A DNA stretch of 33,741 nt from an uncultured virus (IMG/VR IMGVR_UViG_2061766007_000275) (IMGVR_UViG_2061766007_000275); one strand, 5' to 3'. Counted from the first letter of the stretch, positions 20,957 to 30,200 are shown. The notes: generated from the letters alone by a model not told the origin. Translations and numbers: made by a program.

Positions 20957-22697
20957 TTAAGAATTGCCTTTGCTCTCTCTATTAGCTATTGTTTTTTCTG
21001 ATGTAGGCTGGCCTTTTTCTTCATTAGTCGGCCTTCCCGCCTTATCTCCCTGAGGAGCATTTGCACCAGTATTTCCATTACCCTTAGCATCTTTAGGATT
21101 ATTATTAGAACCAGTGTTTGACTTACCACTCATAGTTGAACTCATAGCAGGGGGAATTAATAATTCATCAAGTTTAAGAATTTCATTTTCAAAATACAAA
21201 GTATATAATATAAGACTTTGCGATTGTCCAAGAGCAATCTGTGAAAATAGTTTTCCATGTCCAAGTTGCATTTGTTCTTTAAACATTTTAGACATTTCTT
21301 TATAATTATATGCTGTTGTCATTAAATAATCAAATCTATAATATAATTTCTTTGCTGTTTTATTAAATGCTATATCTAACACATAATTATAAAATTCTTG
21401 CATCTGGAAGACAAAATCCTCTAAGCTTGACTCATCATTAACAATAGACTTCTCAAGAGCAACACTATTATCAGAATTGAATAACTGTTGTGCAGTACCC
21501 ATTTCATTAAATACACCACGTTCAACTTTTTCTAGTTCATCTGCTCCTGAAGATGTCCTTTGATCCATTAATGTTTCAACCGTAGCTTCTGCGGGCGTGG
21601 TCAAAACGTCTACACCTATAGCTTTTGCGAGCATATTGACAGCATTATTATGCAATTCTCTAGATTCTTCCAAGCTAAATATTAATTCGCTATTTTTATT
21701 TAATGGNNNNNNNNNNATCTACACCTATAGCTTTTGCGAGCATATTAACAGCATTATTATGTAGCTCTCTAGATTCTTCCAAGCTAAATATTAATTCGCT
21801 ATTTTTATTTAATGGAAGATGCTGAATAACCAATTTTAATAATAATTGCTGCATTCTCTTTAAATCAATTTCTTTTGCTACTCCTAAATCTATAATAACT
21901 GGAATAGTTGCTATAAAAGCAGGCCATTCACCATTACCTAGGGTAAAACGAACAGTCTTTGTTGGATCCATTGCAAACCAACTACTTTGTCTACCTGTTG
22001 AATCTGGAGGTAATTTATTACCATTCTTATTCTTATATAACTTATAATTCTTTTTAAACTCTTCGGGAAAAGCATCTAATACCCTTTCCCGCAAAACATC
22101 ATCCTTATAAGCATCAAAGAATTTCAAATCAAACTCTATAATAGGTCTATTTTTTGTTTTAAAAGTTGTTAGTCTACAAAACTGTATTGGCAGTTCTTGT
22201 ACTACAATTAAATCTTTTGAATCAGATATATAACCATAATACACTCCATTTAATAAAACAGTTTTACAAACTTCTTTGCAATATTTTTTAATACTTGAAT
22301 TATCAAAATATTTTAATACTTTTAAGAATTCTGTTTTAACTTTATCTGCTTTTGCGCCTTCATCACAACAAGGAGTAATAAACCAATCATATCTGTATAA
22401 ACCAGACATATAGTCTATTAATCTTTTATAAATACCACTAATTCTATAAAAGAAATTAGATATTTCTCTCATTTTATCATACTGTAAATTAGCGATAGCC
22501 TTTAAAACAACTTCTTTTTTCCCAAGATCTGCACTAGCCCTCTCATATTGACTAATTTCTAAAGCTGCATCTGCTACTTTGTGTGCGCCCAAACTAATCT
22601 TAGAGAAATCAAGTACAGGTTCTTCTTGGGGCATTATTGTAGAATCTGCTAGTCTAAAACGAGATAGACTATGCTCTGTTTCTCTTCTATTATTCAT
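20957..22697 (-). CDS. Portal protein (about 543 aa once the assembly gap is collapsed)
   Basis: The two track ORFs share the peptide EESRELHNNAVNMLAKAIGVD on both sides of the N-run. Removing 109 nt (99-nt duplicate plus 10 N) gives one 544-codon frame between TerL and the protease. Confidence 0.8.
21608..21815. other. Scaffold gap (10 N at 21707-21716) flanked by a 99-nt near-identical duplicate
   Basis: 21608-21706 versus 21717-21815 differ at 5 positions, all synonymous. Confidence 0.9.
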
Positions 22698-22712
22698 TTA
22701 AGCACCTCACTA

Positions 22713-23069
22713 TTAATATCCTGCACGTTGCATAATATAGTCATAATTCATACGACTTTCATCTGTATAAGGGATAACCACTAAGGTAATTCCATGTTTT
22801 TTACAATATTCTCTTTTTCTCATGTCATTAAATTGTTGTTCTCTTAATCCAGCTATTCCACCAAAATGATCAATAGCTTCATAATGTTGTTTACCATTAA
22901 ATTCAATTAAGAAATCTAAATCACCTGAATCATCAAATACTGCAAAATCAAAGCGAAGTGGATTACCTTTTGCGCTAACCAGTCCCGGAAATTCATATTC
23001 TTGTTTAAAATTTAATCCAGCAAATGTTAAAATTTCTTCTATCTTTATTTCTCCACGACTCGCTCTCAT
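22713..23069 (-). CDS. Small Vsr/DUF559-like PD-(D/E)xK endonuclease (118 aa)
   Basis: SRGE..I...QEYEF...LRFDF...LIEFNGKQHY...D..K..YC...GI.LVVIPY motif series. Confidence 0.75.
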   Translation of the reverse strand: MRASRGEIKIEEILTFAGLNFKQEYEFPGLVSAKGNPLRFDFAVFDDSGDLDFLIEFNGKQHYEAIDHFGGIAGLREQQFNDMRKREYCKKHGITLVVIPYTDESRMNYDYIMQRAGY

Positions 23070-23092
23070 TTCTTTTTCTCCTTTACCTTAAT

Positions 23093-23138
23093 TCATTAAA
23101 TATAAAAACTAATTTATGAACATTAAAATAATTTGTCC
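23093..23138 (-). promoter_or_regulatory. GGACAA-type putative late promoter (upstream of nuclease-portal)
   Basis: GGACAAATTATTTTAATGTTCATAAATTAGTTTTTATATTTAATGA; the 3' element is a weaker match. Confidence 0.45.
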
Positions 23139-24881
23139 TTATCGTGCTGAATTAAAGAAACAAAAATCTGCAAGGCTACCTTTTTTACGTTTATTCATTT
23201 TTTCATCTTCAAGTTTAATATAATACAATCCATAAGCTAAAGCAGAATATTTATCTTTTTTAATTTTCCTATTAGATTGTTTTAAAATAATATTAATACC
23301 TTCGTTCTCTTGCACAAGATTTGCCATTTGTTCTCTTAATACAGAAGTTAAAGTAAAAGGTTTTAAATATTCCGCACGCTGCTCTGAAGTCATTGCGGCG
23401 CCCATCTTAGTCGCCATTAACTTAGCCTTAGCTTGTACTTCATCTATTAAGAATTTAAGTTTACCATTCGCCATTTGTGTTTGAACATATGTATGTGCTT
23501 CTGTATTTATAGGAGCATTAGCCTTTACTATAAAGATAGCATCTGCTTCACATACATCATTTTTAACATCTTTATATTGTCCTTTTTCATCATTTGCTAC
23601 ACCAAAAGGAACATATATATCACCAGTGTCAGGATCTACCTGAGACTTGGTCATGAAATCTATAAGTCCAGCACCAACACCGTTACCATCAATTACCGCA
23701 ACTTTTGCTTTATATTTATAAAACAATCTTTTAATATTTATAGCTTGTTCTTCAAAGTCAGTAGCTTCAAAACTATAAATATTTACAATAGACTTAATAG
23801 ATGTTTTTAAGTGCGGAGTTACCTTGATTATTAAAATTTCTGTCTGGTCTGAGAAACGACCAACGTCAACCGCAAGTATGTAATAAGCACCCTTTGCAGA
23901 ACGCCCGCTATATTCATACTCTGGCTGTAAATTAACTCTATGCTTATCAAAAGCAGCAATACTAAAGAATGCGGACTCCACATCCCCAGCCCATTCTGAT
24001 TCATACTCTCGGGCAAATGATGCGTCATTATAGGTTCCTGACAAACGAAGCTCCTGCACGAAGTTCTTACTAATAAGCTTCTCCATAACAGGAATTCTCC
24101 AACTTCCGCCCATACAAAACGCTTTACCCGGTTCTGTAATTTGTTGTACCAGGGTCTCTATACATTTATTATAGGCAAAGCTGTTTTTCCATCCAGCTGT
24201 AGTAACAAATACCAAAGCCTTATTTGCAGGTTCATTTTCATCTCTAGAACCATCTGTTAAACGTCTATTAATATTCAGAGTAGGAATTAAAACTTCATTA
24301 AGGATATCCTCGTCAATAAGAATGCACTCCTCGATAAGTCCTCCAGTTCTTCTGGCACCACGACTTCGTTGGCTTGCCGCAAGAATATCAAGTTTGCTAC
24401 CATTTTTAAAGTCATAAACAAGATCTGCTTTACTTGTTTTAGTTTTACCTCTTGACATATCAAGTTCATAATTTATGCCCGGAATTAATTTTCTTAATTC
24501 CTCAGCTTTCTCTAATGTAATACTAGCAGCCTGATCCTTACCGCCAGTACTAACAAATAAGTGAGATCTAGGATATAATATACATCGCAACATTAAAATT
24601 AAGACAGCCATAAATGACTTACCCATAGCACGAGGGAAAGTGCAGTAAGCATATTTATGACGCATAATAACTCTCAACATTACTCTTTGATAGAAATATA
24701 AGTGGAAATTCTCTGGATTTTCTCTAACTAAAACTGTTTCCACAAAAATATCAGGATAAGCCCGCCAAAAGCTAATATATTGCTTAAGTACAGGCTTAAT
24801 CGCTTCTATTCTTTCTGGAGTTACTTCTTGTTTAATATTACGAGGATTAATTTTTAATGCTAATAAATCAGATAAAGCCAT
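23139..24881 (-). CDS. terL: Terminase large subunit (580 aa; start revised to ATG 24881)
   Basis: Q motif (LYFYQR), Walker A FPRAMGKS, Walker B GGLIEE, motif III VTTAG, RNase H-like nuclease LAVDVGR...IDGNGVG...KDKYSA. AAGGAGG at 24897-24891. Confidence 0.92.
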   Translation of the reverse strand: MALSDLLALKINPRNIKQEVTPERIEAIKPVLKQYISFWRAYPDIFVETVLVRENPENFHLYFYQRVMLRVIMRHKYAYCTFPRAMGKSFMAVLILMLRCILYPRSHLFVSTGGKDQAASITLEKAEELRKLIPGINYELDMSRGKTKTSKADLVYDFKNGSKLDILAASQRSRGARRTGGLIEECILIDEDILNEVLIPTLNINRRLTDGSRDENEPANKALVFVTTAGWKNSFAYNKCIETLVQQITEPGKAFCMGGSWRIPVMEKLISKNFVQELRLSGTYNDASFAREYESEWAGDVESAFFSIAAFDKHRVNLQPEYEYSGRSAKGAYYILAVDVGRFSDQTEILIIKVTPHLKTSIKSIVNIYSFEATDFEEQAINIKRLFYKYKAKVAVIDGNGVGAGLIDFMTKSQVDPDTGDIYVPFGVANDEKGQYKDVKNDVCEADAIFIVKANAPINTEAHTYVQTQMANGKLKFLIDEVQAKAKLMATKMGAAMTSEQRAEYLKPFTLTSVLREQMANLVQENEGINIILKQSNRKIKKDKYSALAYGLYYIKLEDEKMNKRKKGSLADFCFFNSAR

Positions 24882-26157
24882 AAGGTTTGTCCTCCTTAAA
24901 TTCTTCTTCGTCCTCTTCTTCTTCAGCACCTTCTTCATAATCTTCACGTTCAGCATCAATTAATCTTTGATTTTCAATTTCTTCTAAGTATTCACTAATA
25001 TCTTTATCTCCAAGTCCTTCAATTTCTTTATCTTCTTCTAAATTCGCTTCCTCTTCTTCTTGTTGACGTAACTTCAAAGCTTTCAAAGCATTTTCAATTT
25101 GGTCACCAAAACCTAAATCTTGTGTAACCAATTTATATGAATAATTATTCATATCCTTAATTGTAAAATCAACTTTATCTTGCGGAATGTCAGTAGGAAA
25201 TCTAGGTATGAAACCATCAGTCTCACACATAACAATAAGTTCTCCAATACTTGCAACACCAGCATCTTTATCTTCCTTATTCTGTGCTGCTGTAAACTTA
25301 GTTGATTTACGCATTGACTCATATGTACTGCTTAATTTCTTAAATGACTCCACATCGCCTGCATCAAGAGCTTGATTCATCTTAAGGATAACTTTACAAA
25401 TCATCATCAAAGCCTTTTCAGTATCTGGATCATTAACTTCAAAGCTATTTACATATTCTTTATATGTAGCTTCAAGTTCAATCCATTCTGCGGGTTTATA
25501 TAATCGACCCCACTTCATAGCAAGATAAACTTTATCTTCTTGCGTCAATTCACTTGCGGGATCCGGGAGGTCTTCTTCGGGAATGTAGTCATTTTCATCG
25601 AAAAATACTGGACTGTCATCAGATGAGCTGCCCTTCGCGCCCTTCTTATCCTTTCCCGCAAACACATTTGGATCTACTAAATATTTATCTCTATCACTCT
25701 CTTGTTGAACAACTGAAGTCATAGTTTTATATTCATATTCGGAAATTTGACCTTCTTGCAGTTGTTTTAATAAATCATTACTATACTCTTCCTCTTGTTT
25801 AGCAAGATTAGCAATTCTTTCTTCTTTTTCTGCTTTTAGCTTTTCAGTAGCTGCATAATTATATTTGTTCCATTGACCTAATTTCATTTTAGATAAATAC
25901 TTACCAAATGCGGCCGCATGATTAAATTTATCAGCACCTTTTTTAGCATAATCTTTATTAACTGTGGCATTGAATTCTTCTTCAATATAAGGAACGTCTA
26001 TCTTCTCTAAAACCCACATAAATGTTTCCGGTTTAAAAACATCTATGTGCATAGTTAGACATTTCTTGCATATATCTAATGGCTCTCCAGTTTTCTTTTT
26101 ATAGAACTCCTTATCTTGAAGTACTTTGCCACATTTTTTACAAAGTACTGTTGCCAT
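24868..26157 (-). CDS. Zn-finger protein upstream of TerL, candidate terminase small subunit (429 aa)
   Basis: N-terminal CKKC-x-CKKC, acidic C-tail, overlaps the TerL start. Confidence 0.5.
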   Translation of the reverse strand: MATVLCKKCGKVLQDKEFYKKKTGEPLDICKKCLTMHIDVFKPETFMWVLEKIDVPYIEEEFNATVNKDYAKKGADKFNHAAAFGKYLSKMKLGQWNKYNYAATEKLKAEKEERIANLAKQEEEYSNDLLKQLQEGQISEYEYKTMTSVVQQESDRDKYLVDPNVFAGKDKKGAKGSSSDDSPVFFDENDYIPEEDLPDPASELTQEDKVYLAMKWGRLYKPAEWIELEATYKEYVNSFEVNDPDTEKALMMICKVILKMNQALDAGDVESFKKLSSTYESMRKSTKFTAAQNKEDKDAGVASIGELIVMCETDGFIPRFPTDIPQDKVDFTIKDMNNYSYKLVTQDLGFGDQIENALKALKLRQQEEEEANLEEDKEIEGLGDKDISEYLEEIENQRLIDAEREDYEEGAEEEEDEEEFKEDKPYGFI

Positions 26158-26160
26158 TTT

Positions 26161-27426
26161 TTATTTTCCTTTCTTCTCTTTATATTTATCACTTCGACAA
26201 GTTTTACAAATAGAATAAAATCCATCTTTGCTACTCTTGTTCTTTGAAAAGAAATGATGGTTAGCTAATTTTACTATCCCGCAACAACTACACTTTTTCC
26301 ATTGACCTTTTTCAACATTAGTATAATACCATTCAAGATAATTTTGTTCACATTTTTCAGCAATCATTTTAGGTATTTTATTTTTCCATAATGAAGAAAT
26401 ATATTCTTCACTATAAGATATATTATATTTTTCTAAAAGTTTTTGTTTTATAGTTTCATTTTTTAATCCATCAATCTTCCATGTGATTATATCAATATAA
26501 AACTTATCTTCTTCTTTTTGAAAAGTTTCGTCCACTAATTTATCCAAATCTTCCATTTGATAATATAAATCATTAAACTTTCCCCAACTATCTTCTTTTA
26601 ACTTCGAGTAATTTCCTAATAAAGCTGCTACATGCTGTGGATTTATGCATGAAAGAAGCCCCTTTACAACAACATCTCCTTTATCATTAACACTTATTTC
26701 TTCAGACAAGTTTGTATGTCCACTAGTAATTTTGATTAGATGCATTGATTTTATCTGGGGCTTATATGCTGCTCTTATTATATATCTATCTTGGTACATT
26801 TCAATTATCTGTTTTTTTATTAAATATCTATCTTTTCCTCTTGTTCTTTTTAATTTCTCCTCTAACTTAACAATAGCATCTGTTAATTCTTTTAACTCAG
26901 GAATTTCATCAATATCCTTTTGGGTAATTGGATCTTTTGGCGTTAGAATAATATTCTTATCATAATCTGTAATTAGATTATATAATCCATCTTCTCCTTG
27001 TTCAAAGCTACTCGCCAATCCTTGTAAGGAGGTTTCTCTTACATAAACCGTACCTTTTAATCTATTTGGAGTTTGTATTAATTTCTCTTTTTTCTCTTTT
27101 TTATCCATAGCTAATACTATGTATGTTCCTAATATATCTAAATAATAAGGTGTTAATTGTTCAGGAGTTGCTGACTCGACAATCTTATTTACTAATGCAG
27201 TTCTTTCTTCTGGCGTTTTTAAGGTATAGTCTAAAGCAATTTTAGGTCGCTCTTTAATCTTTTCTTCTCTTTTTTGTAAAGAAGCATCTGATTTATTCAT
27301 TTTATCTTCTTCTTCAATATTAACTAAAATTGGCTCATACCCGCCATAATTGTCATCTTCATCTTCTTCTAGATAATATTCTTCATTATCATTACTTTCA
27401 TAATCATAATCATCGTAATCAGACAT
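26161..27426 (-). CDS. Hypothetical protein with C-terminal Zn ribbon and possible HTH (421 aa)
   Basis: Very acidic N-terminus; IITWKIDGLKNETIKQKL...YISSLW resembles a sigma4-like HTH; CSCC...CKTC at the C-terminus. RBS AAAGGAG. Confidence 0.6.
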   Translation of the reverse strand: MSDYDDYDYESNDNEEYYLEEDEDDNYGGYEPILVNIEEEDKMNKSDASLQKREEKIKERPKIALDYTLKTPEERTALVNKIVESATPEQLTPYYLDILGTYIVLAMDKKEKKEKLIQTPNRLKGTVYVRETSLQGLASSFEQGEDGLYNLITDYDKNIILTPKDPITQKDIDEIPELKELTDAIVKLEEKLKRTRGKDRYLIKKQIIEMYQDRYIIRAAYKPQIKSMHLIKITSGHTNLSEEISVNDKGDVVVKGLLSCINPQHVAALLGNYSKLKEDSWGKFNDLYYQMEDLDKLVDETFQKEEDKFYIDIITWKIDGLKNETIKQKLLEKYNISYSEEYISSLWKNKIPKMIAEKCEQNYLEWYYTNVEKGQWKKCSCCGIVKLANHHFFSKNKSSKDGFYSICKTCRSDKYKEKKGK

Positions 27427-27457
27427 TTTTAATCTCCTTTCTTTATTTTCTATATTA

Positions 27458-27486
27458 AGTATAACAAAAATTTTTTAAGTTGTCAA
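27458..27486 (-). promoter_or_regulatory. sigmaA promoter TTGACA-17-TATACT with extended -10 (TGn)
   Basis: -35 at 27486-27481, -10 at 27463-27458. Confidence 0.75.
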
Positions 27487-27487
27487 C

Positions 27488-27522
27488 AAAAAAATAGGGG
27501 AACCATATTACTATAGTCCCCC
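27488..27522 (-). terminator. Intrinsic terminator after the glycosyltransferase
   Basis: GGGGGACTATA-loop-TATGGTTCCCC then TATTTTTTT. Confidence 0.75.
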
Positions 27523-27530
27523 TTATATCT

Positions 27531-28139
27531 TTATTCAATTATACAATCTGCACTTGCTACTCCGCATTTTGCATCATTATCTAATATTTCTTGCGGAAGC
27601 TTGCTTCTAATCTCTGCAAACTCTTCATCTCCACGATATTCTTCTGTCTTAACTTTCTCCATAAATTCAAAGAAAGTAATTTTTGGAATAATATTAATAA
27701 GATCTTGAGCCTTTCCCGCAAGCTGCATTGTGTACATTTGTTTTAAAATATCATTATCAATTTGTTTTTCTATATCTTTATAACACTCATTATAAAATTT
27801 CTTTGCATTAAAGAAATTTTGTTCTGCAAATATTGGTTTACGTTCTAGACATTCTATATAGGTAAAATACTGACCAACCATCATTTCTGCTGTAAACTTT
27901 GTAATAGAACCATTAAAAGGATTTTTCTTACGACAAAATTTAATTGCATTAATAGATGCTACTGTTGCGCCCCACTGACATAAATCAAAATTGTATTGCG
28001 GGATCCCGCTATCATCTACGCCTATCCTAGTAATAGAATGCTCTGAACCAGTTCTCCATAAATATACCGGTTCTTTAATAACATTAATAAGTAATGGCGA
28101 ACCTTCAATAGTCATCCTAATCTTCCAATTTAACTCACC
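27531..28139 (-). CDS. GT2 glycosyltransferase, exon 2 (202 aa)
   Basis: The frame opens at GGT GAG TTA AAT TGG (GELNWKIRMTIEG...) directly after the intron terminal G, and continues the GT-A fold (PVYLWR..EHSITR). Confidence 0.85.
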   Translation of the reverse strand, partial: GELNWKIRMTIEGSPLLINVIKEPVYLWRTGSEHSITRIGVDDSGIPQYNFDLCQWGATVASINAIKFCRKKNPFNGSITKFTAEMMVGQYFTYIECLERKPIFAEQNFFNAKKFYNECYKDIEKQIDNDILKQMYTMQLAGKAQDLINIIPKITFFEFMEKVKTEEYRGDEEFAEIRSKLPQEILDNDAKCGVASADCIIE

Positions 28140-29084
28140 CTTAAAATACCTTATATCCCTATAAGGAATAGACTATTTCTTCTATATAACTTTAGTTATA
28201 TAGCAGCGCACTTCGAATTACGTACCAATAGTAATTCTACTCCCTTACATTCATCGGGGTTAGTCGTTACACTTTTAATCATCATCATCAATATATTTCC
28301 AACTAATTCTTTCTTTTGTTATTGGATGTCTGCCTGCTGTTTTAGTTACTCCCTTACAAGCTTTCCCAATGGATGAACCATCTTTACATCCAACCCATTT
28401 AGCTGCTTCTATCATTGTATCAAAAATTTCTCCTGTAGATGCTTGAACTTTTCTAGCTCTATTTGCATCTTTACCAACTCTTAATTTTGCTTGTTCAGAT
28501 AAAAGCTTTTTAGTTTCTTCTGTATGTTTTTTACCATACATTCCATTTTTTTCTCCAGTTAAATGAACTCCATACATTCCATTTTTCTCTCCTTTTAAAC
28601 CCTCTGATATTTTCTTTCTTACATCTTCAGTAGGATTTAAAATTCCATCTCCACCTTCTGATATATTATAGCCATTATTTTTTGAATCAAAATATTTAAT
28701 CCAATATTTTTCTTTATCTTTAAGTTCATCTACACTGCATTCTTCTATAATAGTATATTCAAAATTATCAACACCATATAAATTATAAGCATTTTGTAAA
28801 TGTTCATTTTCATGTTTTCCATTTTTTAAATCTCTTTTATGAGTTTGCCATCTTCTTTGTATATCTATTGAATAACCTATATATCTATGATTATTTTGAA
28901 TATTTCTTATACTATATATTCCTATTATTTCAAATCACCTCTTTCTTTTTGTGATTTGATGATGATGAAAACTTAGCACGGCGTTGTCTGGTCTAGAGTT
29001 TCGCCGTTAGCACATAGTTATTTGTTCTTATCTATGCACACCGCTGGTTTGCGTTCACACTGTTTAAGGAGGACTAGTGTGTCA
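28140..29084 (-). ncRNA. Group I intron (945 nt, probably subgroup IA) with an internal homing endonuclease
   Basis: P1: exon GGAGGAU pairs with IGS GUCCUCC (29074-29068), with U.G at the splice site. P4 ACGGCG/CGCCGU. R GUAACGACUA and S GAAGAAAUAGUC form P7. Extra hairpins P7.1/P7.2, P8 CUAUAUAACU/AGUUAUAUAG, P9 CCUUAU/AUAAGG, terminal G at 28140. Splicing restores the frame. Confidence 0.92.
28275..28928 (-). CDS. Intron-encoded GIY-YIG homing endonuclease with NUMOD3-type repeats (217 aa, probable ATA start)
   Basis: Manual translation: IIGIYSIRNIQNNHRYIGYSIDIQRRWQTHK...EKYWI...GYN, then GEKNGMYG twice, KKHTEETK, and a C-terminal HTH-like segment. The track calls only the last 100 aa. Confidence 0.9.
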   Translation of the reverse strand: MIGIYSIRNIQNNHRYIGYSIDIQRRWQTHKRDLKNGKHENEHLQNAYNLYGVDNFEYTIIEECSVDELKDKEKYWIKYFDSKNNGYNISEGGDGILNPTEDVRKKISEGLKGEKNGMYGVHLTGEKNGMYGKKHTEETKKLLSEQAKLRVGKDANRARKVQASTGEIFDTMIEAAKWVGCKDGSSIGKACKGVTKTAGRHPITKERISWKYIDDDD

Positions 29085-29609
29085 ATCCTCCATGGCCCTC
29101 AACTTAGTAAATCCAATTTCATTCTTCTTTAAAAAATTAACATTATACATTCTACCAAATACCCATGGATGACCAACATCATTTCTAGGTACCATTCTTA
29201 TTCCCTTAGGATGTCCTACAACTTCCTGACAAAAAGGTGCTTGAACTTCAACAACTTCCGCCTTAACAACTCCCGCTAATAAAGACTCAAGAGCAAATGG
29301 TGTCATAAAAACATCATCAGCATCTATAAAAGTAATCCAATCAGTAATCGCTGCATCTAAGCATCTCTGTCTTGCTAATCCAGGTCCAGTATTCTTTTCA
29401 CAATCTAATATTTTAATATCTAACTGTGGGAAGTCCGTTTTTAAAAATTCATAATCATCATCTGGGTTGTCTTTTCCTATTATAACTGTTACATTATCTC
29501 TTACAGTTTGTATCATAATAGAAGATAAACAATCTCTAATATGACTTTCTGCTTTATATGCAGGAATACCTACCGTAAGCATTTTCTTATCCGTATTGAA
29601 TATATTCAT
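29085..29609 (-). CDS. GT2 glycosyltransferase, exon 1 (175 aa; spliced product 377 aa)
   Basis: VGIPAYK, NTGPGLAR, WITFIDADD (DxD); ends at the conserved ED. RBS AAGGAG. Confidence 0.9.
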
Positions 29610-29629
29610 CCTTTTATCTCCTTTTTTAA

Positions 29630-29911
29630 TTAAATATCTTCTTCGTCACTCCAACGCTGAAAATAACTTAATTTAAGATCTTCTCCTCTCATGAGTTTAT
29701 CTATTTTTAAATTATTCTTTCTAATTTCATCTTGCAATATAGCTATTAAATGAGTGCGGTTTGCCACATCATTACCTAAATCTATTTGTTTATTATTTTC
29801 ATCTATCATTAACTTCATTTGTTCTATAATGATATTAATAATTCTAATCTTATCTGTCCTGCTATAAGAACAAGTTCCATTAATTAAAGACTCATCACCT
29901 GTCGCTTTCAT
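29630..29911 (-). CDS. Hypothetical protein (93 aa), paralog of the upstream gene
   Basis: RBS AAGGAGG; shares ENN.QIDL..DVA.RT.LIA.L with 29923-30183. Confidence 0.7.
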   Translation of the reverse strand: MKATGDESLINGTCSYSRTDKIRIINIIIEQMKLMIDENNKQIDLGNDVANRTHLIAILQDEIRKNNLKIDKLMRGEDLKLSYFQRWSDEEDI

Positions 29912-29922
29912 GCTATCCCTCC

Positions 29923-30183
29923 TTACTCTCCTTCGCGGGAAGCCTTTTCCGCCAATAAAGCGGTCTTTTCATCTGTTTTAAATTCTTTTTCTTTATTTAA
30001 TAAAGCTATTAATCTTGTTCTACCCGCCACATCATCTTCTAAATCAATTTGCCTATTGTTTTCAGCTACCATTCTATCTATCTGATCTAGTATAGCCTGA
30101 TTAATATCAATAGCAATATCTAAATCTAAATCTGACAAATTGGAAAAATCATAATCATTTACTAACGGAATAACATCTGCCAT
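29923..30183 (-). CDS. Hypothetical protein (86 aa)
   Basis: RBS AAGGAGG; acidic and helical. Confidence 0.7.
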   Translation of the reverse strand: MADVIPLVNDYDFSNLSDLDLDIAIDINQAILDQIDRMVAENNRQIDLEDDVAGRTRLIALLNKEKEFKTDEKTALLAEKASREGE

Positions 30184-30200
30184 TTACATTCCTCCTTATA

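Noticed and set aside
20957..22697. Portal as two genes, a frameshift, or an intron/intein-split gene
   Set aside because: Explained by the N gap with a duplicated 99-nt overlap.
4928..24469. Short alternate-frame minus ORFs (4928-5119, 18542-18727, 19799-20098, 23831-24028, 24287-24469)
   Set aside because: They are nested in well-supported genes. 19799-20098 is a by-product of Gly-codon repeats. No slippery site or RBS was seen.
28536..28596. Direct repeat GGAGA.AAAAATGGAATGTATGG
   Set aside because: It is the duplicated NUMOD3-type motif of the endonuclease, not a CRISPR or regulatory repeat.
27531..29609. Glycosyltransferase as a pseudogene disrupted by an insertion
   Set aside because: Intact group I core and precise in-frame splice junctions.
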